From: Octopus bimaculoides
Taxonomy: Eukaryota
Assembly: GCF_001194135.2 (NCBI RefSeq)
Contig: NC_068988.1
Location: 36,582,581 to 36,626,291, forward strand
Reading direction: 5' to 3'
DNA length: 43,711 nucleotides
Part shown: positions 36,349 to 43,711 of the stretch, one piece after another
How positions within the stretch are numbered: position 1 is the first letter of the stretch
Layout of the letters: each line of letters starts with the position of its first letter
The notes under the pieces: generated by a model
Database searches by the model: none
Seen by the model: the letters and a program-made list of their open reading frames with translations, nothing else
Told to the model about the DNA's origin: nothing
Program-made: the position numbers and the translations under genes

Positions 36349-38077
36349 ATATATACATATATATACACATATACATATATATACCCATATATAAATATAC
36401 ATACTACTTTACATATTACTATATGTAAAGTAGCACGTTTTTCCTGACGGGATATTATGTTTTAGTTTTAGTTAGACAAGTATTCCAATGTAACTTAATA
36501 TACCTCTATGCTATATAGTAATATATAAGAAGCACGTTTTTCTCTGGCGGGATACAATACGTTAGTTTATCATGATTTAAGATATTACATCAAATAGGTA
36601 TTTTGCGTATACATTTACCTACGTTATGTATTTTTTTTATTATTTCTTTACTTTATAGTTTTCTACCTTGCATTGCCATTTATCTAGGTTAATTACCGTA
36701 ACTTAATATCATACATTAACGGTTACTTATATTTACAATCTATCTTTAATTTTCCTTCCTTATAAACGTTTAATTACGTATTTAGTCGTATATAAAATTT
36801 ACTCTTTACACACATTCATTGGATTCTCTCCCTTTCTCCTTCCAATTACAATAAATTTTTATTACCATTATTATTAACTTTACGAATTTTCTGCGGTTTA
36901 TTATGTCTTCTTTTAATTTAAACTCTTAGTATAGCGTTGATAGCTTCTTTCCCTAAACTGCTCCTTGTTAACTAGCGTTCTTGATTCTAACGGTTATTTA
37001 ACTTAGCTATATAATGTTATTACTCGTATGTAACCTTGGCATTCAGCACAAGTCTTGCATTTGTAATGTGGTTCCCTGATGATAAAATTATATGTATAAA
37101 CCAGTATCTCTTATTCCTTTGGAGTAGAGTGCATATAATTTTTGAAACATGTGTAGGAAATAAAGGAACTTATTGATTATATGCGTTTTGCTTCATTTAT
37201 TATTATTATTCTTTATATCTACTCAAAATACATCACTTCTACATTGAATTTCTACCCCTTAACCGGGTATAATATTCCAGTTTTTGTGTGACTTTTGCTA
37301 CCGTGGTAACTATTAATATATTTGCATTATCGAAGTTTTTCAACCAAGACAATATTAATATATACATAAATAAAAATATATATTTATNNNNNNNNNNNNN
37401 NNNNNNNNNNNNNNNNNNNNNNNNNNNNNNNNNNNNNNNNNNNNNNNNNNNNNNNNNNNNNNNNNNNNNNNNNNNNNNNNNNNNNNNNNNNNNNNNNNNN
37501 NNNNNNNNNNNNNNNNNNNNNNNNNNNNNNNNNNNNNTATATATATACATTCTATTCATATATATATGTACATGCATACATACATACATGCATGTATATA
37601 TGTATACATCTATGTAGGTACGTATGTACCTCACTTTTTACTTTACAGAAAATTTTCAGCAACCACATTCTTTGTAAAAAGGTCATGAAGCAAAGCATTT
37701 TGTTTTACTCATCATCCTTTGTATCTGAAGAAGCTCCTGCAGATTTTTACAGTCCGAAATATCATGATGATTTGTAGCGTCGGTGTTTGTGTCATGTTTC
37801 CAAGATTTCATGTTCCGGCATACGTTCTTCCAGATTGGTTGGTATGTATCCTGACGCTCCAGTACTCGATTTCCAAACTCCTAATCAATGCTATAGAGAT
37901 CTTATTTTTATCTTGTATTTTCTAAACATTTTGTTGTTCAGAGCGCAACTGATTTCACAAAAGAACATATCTTTCGTGTGTCATTGTTCAGTTTTATTTC
38001 AAAATTCCTTGCCAATAGAGCCGGTTTATAACCTAGAACCAAGGTTCCTTCATTGGAATGTCAACATCAACGACAGG

Positions 38078-38560
38078 GTATGTATGTATGCATGTATGTA
38101 TGTATGTATGTATGTGTGTATGTATGTATGTGTGTATGTATGTATGTGTGTATGTATGTATGTATGTATGTGTGTATGTATGTATNNNNNNNNNNNNNNN
38201 NNNNNNNNNNNNNNNNNNNNNNNNNNNNNNNNNNNNNNNNNNNNNNNNNNNNNNNNNNNNNNNNNNNNNNNNNNNNNNNNNNNNNNNNNNNNNNNNNNNN
38301 NNNNNNNNNNNNNNNNNNNNNNNNNNNNNNNNNNNNNNNNNNNNNNNNNNNNNNNNNNNNNNNNNNNNNNNNNNNNNNNNNNNNNNNNNNNNNNNNNNNN
38401 NNNNNNNNNNNNNNNNNNNNNNNNNNNNNNNNNNNNNNNNNNNNNNNNNNNNNNNNNNNNNNNNNNNNNNNNNNNNNNNNNNNNNNNNNNNNNNNNNNNN
38501 NNNNNNNNNNNNNNNNNNNNNTATATATATATACATATATATATATGTATATGTACAGAT
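38078..38560. repeat. (GTAT)n microsatellite, gap, then (TA)n
   Basis: Directly visible. Confidence 0.9.
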
Positions 38561-38819
38561 TTCTATGTTTTGCTTTATATATGTATTGTCATGCATATAG
38601 TTGCATATCTAGATATGCTCATATAAATTTAAATCATAAACTTCTGGAAAGTTTTGCAGACACTTACAGTTCCAGTGATGGATTGGATATGTAGTTTTCG
38701 AATTAGCATGCTATTTTTGATAAACCTAATTTCCCAAGTTTGGCATTTATGCTGTGTGTCACATATAATTAAAGCTATATACTTGAACTTATAATCTGGA
38801 TATGGTAACTGCAGATATC

Positions 38820-39985
38820 TCAATGGTTGTTGTGCCTGCTCTGCTCTTATATCAATTCCGATTTCTCTGACATATTTATTGAACTTGGTTTTTAGTGATC
38901 TTACAGCCCGTACAACTACTGAGGTGACAGATACTCTCCCCAGAGCCCATATTTTTGCATTTTGGTCTTTTAGTAGTTTCTACGTGTCCTCTTTTTCTAG
39001 TTCTTCGTCTCTTTTTCGTGCGCCCTCAGGTATTACGATATCAATAATCTTTGTTTCCTTTTTTCCTACATCTGCCACAACAATGTCTAGTCTCCGAGAA
39101 CCGATTGGAAAGTCACATTCAAGTGTAAAATATCAGAGTATCTTATATTCATTGTTCTCGGTGACTCCTCCTGGGTCATGTTCGTACTATTTTTGTGCTC
39201 TTTCCAGGCCGCACTTGTGACATAGTCTTCAGTGAACAAACTTAGCCACGTCATCGTGCCTATTTTAGTAGGGCGTTTAGACCATCTTGCTACACTCACT
39301 TAAAATATGTGAGATTGTCGGGGGCGACTCACTACTCCTATCTATTTGGAACTCAGAGTAATTAGTTCTTGTAGTTTGTTCCGAGGCTCTAAATATCAAT
39401 TACTGCCTCAGGGCATCATTTCATATCACGTTTTCCTAGCCATCTCCACCTATTGGTCTTGTCCTTTTATTTTGATTTCTCTGAGTTATTCGTCATACAA
39501 TGAATTAATTTCCCAATTTCTTCTTTCTTCTTCATCTTGTTTCTTAAATATTTGTGGGTGTATCACACTTTCGGTAGGTATTGTATTGTTAACTCTAACA
39601 GCGGCACACAAGGATTCACTCTGCTGTTTGATGTACCATCCAAGTCAGTTTTTCTCGTTGACAATACAGATCTTGCATCCTATGAGACTTCTTCCTCCCC
39701 CGTTCTTAAGCACATACAGTCTGTTGATATCACTTCTTTGGGTGTAGTTTCTTGTTAATTGTCATCACTATTCTGGTTTTCCTGTCCATCTCCTCAGCAT
39801 TAAAGGAAAAGCCCACGTCTTTTTTACCCAGATTTTTTTTTTCATTGAGACTACTTCCCATAATTAATTTGGTTCTTCTCAGATATTCTCGCCAAAAGCG
39901 TACTACACTTTTTAGTCCCAAATTCCATTCCGATATCCTTAATGAATATCCGCACTGTTGAATCTAGGCCATTTATTTCTCGTTC
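38820..39985 (-). mobile_element. R4-type retrotransposon fragment 5b (end of RT through endonuclease)
   Basis: Minus strand reads STVRIFIKDIGMEFGTKKC, REYLRRTKLI...MDRKTRIVMTINKKLHP, SECSKM...NRHDDVAKFVH, YEHDPGGVTENNEYKIL, RRLDIVV...KIIDIVIP. Confidence 0.85.
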
Positions 39986-41815
39986 AATCTTCAGCATTCC
40001 CTTTTGCAGCCATAACCATGTCTCCCTACTACTTGTTGAAACTATCTTTGGGAATCTACCATGCAACGCCTTCTCCTGCCAGTCAGATAATTTCTGTTCT
40101 TTTTTCTTGTTTGTAACTTCGTTTGATTTTTTTGGTTTCCGTATGTCTGACAGTGACTCTATCAGCTTTTATTAAACTTTCTTCGCTATTACCTAGATAG
40201 GAGTCTATATCCATTTAGCATTGGCTTCATTAGATTCCTCATCCTTCTGATGTACTTTTCAATTTCGTTTTCGTTTCTGTAGATTCTAATACTCCTACAT
40301 ACTTATAATTTTCTCGTCCTATCAATGACTTTAATGTCTGACCATCTGGTAATGAGATGCCTTCACTGTTGACTACCTGTCTCCTTTTCATGACATATAT
40401 TGCACACATATCTATACTAAATTCCACGCCTATATCTTTGAGGAATAGGCTTACATTCTGTATTAAGGAATCTATCTGTTTTTCATTCTTACTAAGATTC
40501 ACTTCGTTCATGTAGGGCACATGGTTAATTTTCCATTGCTATTTCTGAACTGATACTCTGCCTTTGCTTTCCTTAATACGAAACTCAGAGGGATCATATA
40601 TAGTACAAATATTAAAGGGGACAACGAGTTCTTCTGGAAAATTCCTTGTGTGATATTAACTTTCCCTAAGAATGTGCCACCTGCGTACAAATCTACTTTC
40701 CATTTATCTCAGGCTAAAGCTAATTAATTCTATATGTTGTCTGATGTACTGAATATACTCAAGCATTCACTTATACATAAGTGCGGGATCATGTTATAGG
40801 CTTTCCTATAATCTATCCATGCTATTGTTGGATTTTTCTTTCTAGCTTTTACTTCATTTAGAACTGTTTTGTATATATATATAATATAGCATGTGTTCCT
40901 GCAACATTTCTGTTCTTCAAGTAGGAAATTCTGGTTCTCAAGGTGCACATTAATGCTTTCTGAAAGCATTCCTGTTAACAGCTTCTACACGAACGGTAAA
41001 CAAGTGATTGGTGTAATACCCTTGCTCTTATCTTTCATAATGAGTATTGTCCTTCCTCTAGTCATTCAATCTGGTATTATTCTTCCATTAAAGCAATCCT
41101 GAAGTCAGCCTTCCTTCTGAACTACTGAATTGTTTTAGGCAGTAGCCTTGAACTAAATCTGGTCCTGGGCTCTTCTAACTCGGCATTTTTCCTCACACGT
41201 TGCTCATTAATGCGCAAGTTAATCTTACATTTGACTGCTTCTCACTCATTAGTTTTTCCCTCACTTTCTTTCACCATACTGCCCCTTCATTATGATTGAC
41301 TAGTTTATCCCAAATATTACTCCAGATTTTTCTAGATTCTTCTGCATAAGGTACTTCGGTACTTCGTTCTCCATTATTCATTTGGTTATAAAATCTCCTC
41401 TGATCTGTCTCAAATAATCTCTTCTGTTGATATTGATTTATGATTTTCTGACATCTAGAGAGTTTGCCTGTTTCTGCTATCATACGCTGTTGTAACTCTT
41501 CTATTATTGTCCGAAATCCATTCTGTTTTACTAAGTATCTTTCCTTGAGGCAAGATTTGCATCTTGTGTTTCATAACTTGTTTGTTTTCCGGGCTGGTTT
41601 TCTTTGGCTTCAGATCTTGTCTTAAAGTTTTCATTATATTTTGTAGCCGTCTGTTCCACATGTGCTCTTTTTAATAGTTCCCTAGCAATCTTTTTCTCAC
41701 TTCTATTCTTCGGTAGCTTCGTAATGTTTAGTCAATAAGAATGGGCATTTAATATTTCATTTGTTGAATAAGAACAGACAATTAATACTTCATTTCATTT
41801 CTTTTTACAATATTA
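39986..41815 (-). mobile_element. R4-type retrotransposon fragment 5a (pre-RT, whole RT, thumb region), 3'-truncated
   Basis: ORFs 41271..41483 (NQYQQKRLFETDQRRFY...EESRKIWSNIW), 40730..40969 (EEQKCCR...AWIDYRKAYNMIPH), 40508..40690 (GIFQKNSLSPLIFVL), 40239..40520 (YMNE replacing YMDD; DIGVEF; YKYVG) and 39851..40066 (HGRF...WLWLQKG). Confidence 0.9.
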
Positions 41816-41904
41816 GTTTATATCTTATATTTATATCATAAGATTATAAATAAGACGTGAAAAAAAGACAGAACTTGAATTCCTTTGACTAATAAACAGC
41901 ATAA

Positions 41905-41927
41905 TGTATATATATATATATACATAC

Positions 41928-41992
<65 letters not shown>

Positions 41993-42011
41993 TGTATGTC
42001 TGTGTGTGTAT

Positions 42012-42051
<40 letters not shown>

Positions 42052-42085
42052 ATGTATGCACTTATGTATGTAATTGTATGTATGT
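41905..42085. repeat. (TA)n(TG)n microsatellite
   Basis: Directly visible. Confidence 0.95.
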
Positions 42086-42099
42086 TTCTGTAGAACCAT

Positions 42100-42250
42100 C
42101 TAAAAAGGAAGAGACTTGTTGGTGGGTTTATGAAGGGAGCATATGGAGGCTTATGACAAAACGTATTGAATATATTATTAGGGGGAATATGTGATATTTT
42201 CCTCCGAGGCAAATAATACTTGTAAGAGAAAGTACTTCTTTAGCCTACGT
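42100..42250 (+). mobile_element. Possible 3'-end relic of a mariner element
   Basis: YEGSIWRLMT...GEYV resembles mariner C-termini (FY..GI..L..RW.KC....G.YV). It is followed by AAAGTACTTCTTTAGCCTACGTA, a weak TIR-like end. Confidence 0.3.
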
Positions 42251-42669
42251 AAACACTGTGAGTTTAGTTATATTTCAAGAAAGAATGGATAATAAATGTT
42301 TGTACCAAAGGTGTACAAAGAACCGTATAACTGTTTCTAAAATAATGTTAAACAAAGAACTGTTCCTTATGGTAAGCCAAATTACGAAATATCTGCAGTT
42401 GATATCAATAATTAGCAAAAACTCAGGTACCCCAAAACAGTAATGGAAATATTTGTGTTAACGATGTTTTTAGAGTCAAACTTTTTGTAGTGTTATGTAA
42501 TCCATCGTAAACCGTGTACAACACAACGAAGAGGTGGAGATTCACTGACAGAAACATGTGTATAAATATACAAGTAAATTAAGTTCCTCAATTAATTTAG
42601 CTAAACAAAAACTTACCGTGATGTTGGCATAACGATTCGCGTGTATCATTACTGCACTTTCCCTCTCAC

Positions 42670-42670
42670 C

Positions 42671-42765
<95 letters not shown>

Positions 42766-42885
42766 CATACATATATATATGTGTGTGTGTATGTATGTAC
42801 ATACATACATACATATGTACATATGCGGTTGTGCGTCTGCCAGTGTGTGTGTATTTGTGGATTCACTCTATGCATATATATATAT
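42670..42885. repeat. (TA)n(TG)n/TACA microsatellite
   Basis: Directly visible. Confidence 0.95.
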
Positions 42886-43614
42886 GGTTAATAAATAGTA
42901 TTAATCAAGCCTTATTTAAACATTCTTTGTAATAAGATATGGATCTGACGATATATTACATGTCGAGGCAGGAATTCACTAGATCACTAATTACTATGAA
43001 ATGTAATATGAGAATCTTCTGAGAAATGAATGCTACAATAAATTATTAATGTCTATTGCTATATTATTACAGGGAAATTAAATCCTAACCTTGATGCTGC
43101 AAAAGGCATACGGTATTCATCCAATGATTCATACAGGTGTTATGACTCTGGCTTTTTAATTAACTTGGATTCTTTCCCATGAGATTGTGTATGGTCAACA
43201 CAATGTAGAAACGAAGCTTTGAGAGTTATTTAGAAATTGCTCGCAGACATCCCTGTAAATATTATATAGACGTTACAAAAAATCATTTCATGTTGCTACA
43301 ATACCTAATGTGATACAGTGAACAAATATGTTCCATAGAGTTTTAGTGTTTTCTAGTAAAACAAAGCAAACTAATTATCTGTATATCTTCTTACTGGTTG
43401 ATTATGTGTCAGTCTGTTTGCGATTGTATCTACGTGTGTGTACGGTGAGAGAGGATGACAGAGGGGGGAGTGAAGTTGGAGAGAATGCGTCTCCGTGTTG
43501 CTAGAATGTAAATTTGATACAGATCACAGAATGCTTTATATGTTGTGGGTATTAGGAGTATTTCAAACAACCAAAATATAACTCTATATTCACGTCTCTC
43601 TATCATTCAGGCAA

Positions 43615-43630
43615 TCTGTCTGCCTGTCTT

Positions 43631-43674
<44 letters not shown>

Positions 43675-43711
43675 TTTACACACACACACGCACACACACG
43701 CACACACACAC
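43615..43711. repeat. (CT)n(CA)n microsatellite
   Basis: Directly visible. Confidence 0.95.

Noticed and set aside
37790-37885. Minus-strand peptide WKSSTGASGYIPTNL resembling an SH3 motif
   Set aside because: The frame closes within about 12 codons, the acceptor is poor, and the rest of the SH3 signature is absent.

Overview
AT-rich, microsatellite-dense, gapped eukaryotic scaffold. It looks like intronic or intergenic DNA of a coleoid cephalopod, probably Octopus; this is inferred from SINE families I recall as octopus repeats and from the overall texture, not from a search. I can support no host protein-coding gene, tRNA, rRNA or CRISPR array. Most long ORFs in the track run through N-gaps or simple repeats; the informative ones are pieces of dead transposons. 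Recognisable content: six fragments of R4/Dong-type (RT plus restriction-like endonuclease) non-LTR retrotransposons from at least three subfamilies (14.7-21.5 kb and 38.8-41.8 kb), a decayed Helitron Rep-helicase (24.3-26.4 kb), an end-to-end dead mariner (33.6-34.7 kb), a mariner-type MITE, three tRNA-derived SINE families, RTE-like and CR1/L2-like LINE 3' ends, and many microsatellites. The most notable structure is the 13.4-21.5 kb block. There, R4/Dong copies abut (TAA)n arrays, are arranged as A+ B+ B- A- nested inverted pairs, include a 124-bp spacerless A/T palindrome, and follow an inverted SINE pair. I do not see a clearly new biological system; the findings are structural leads.
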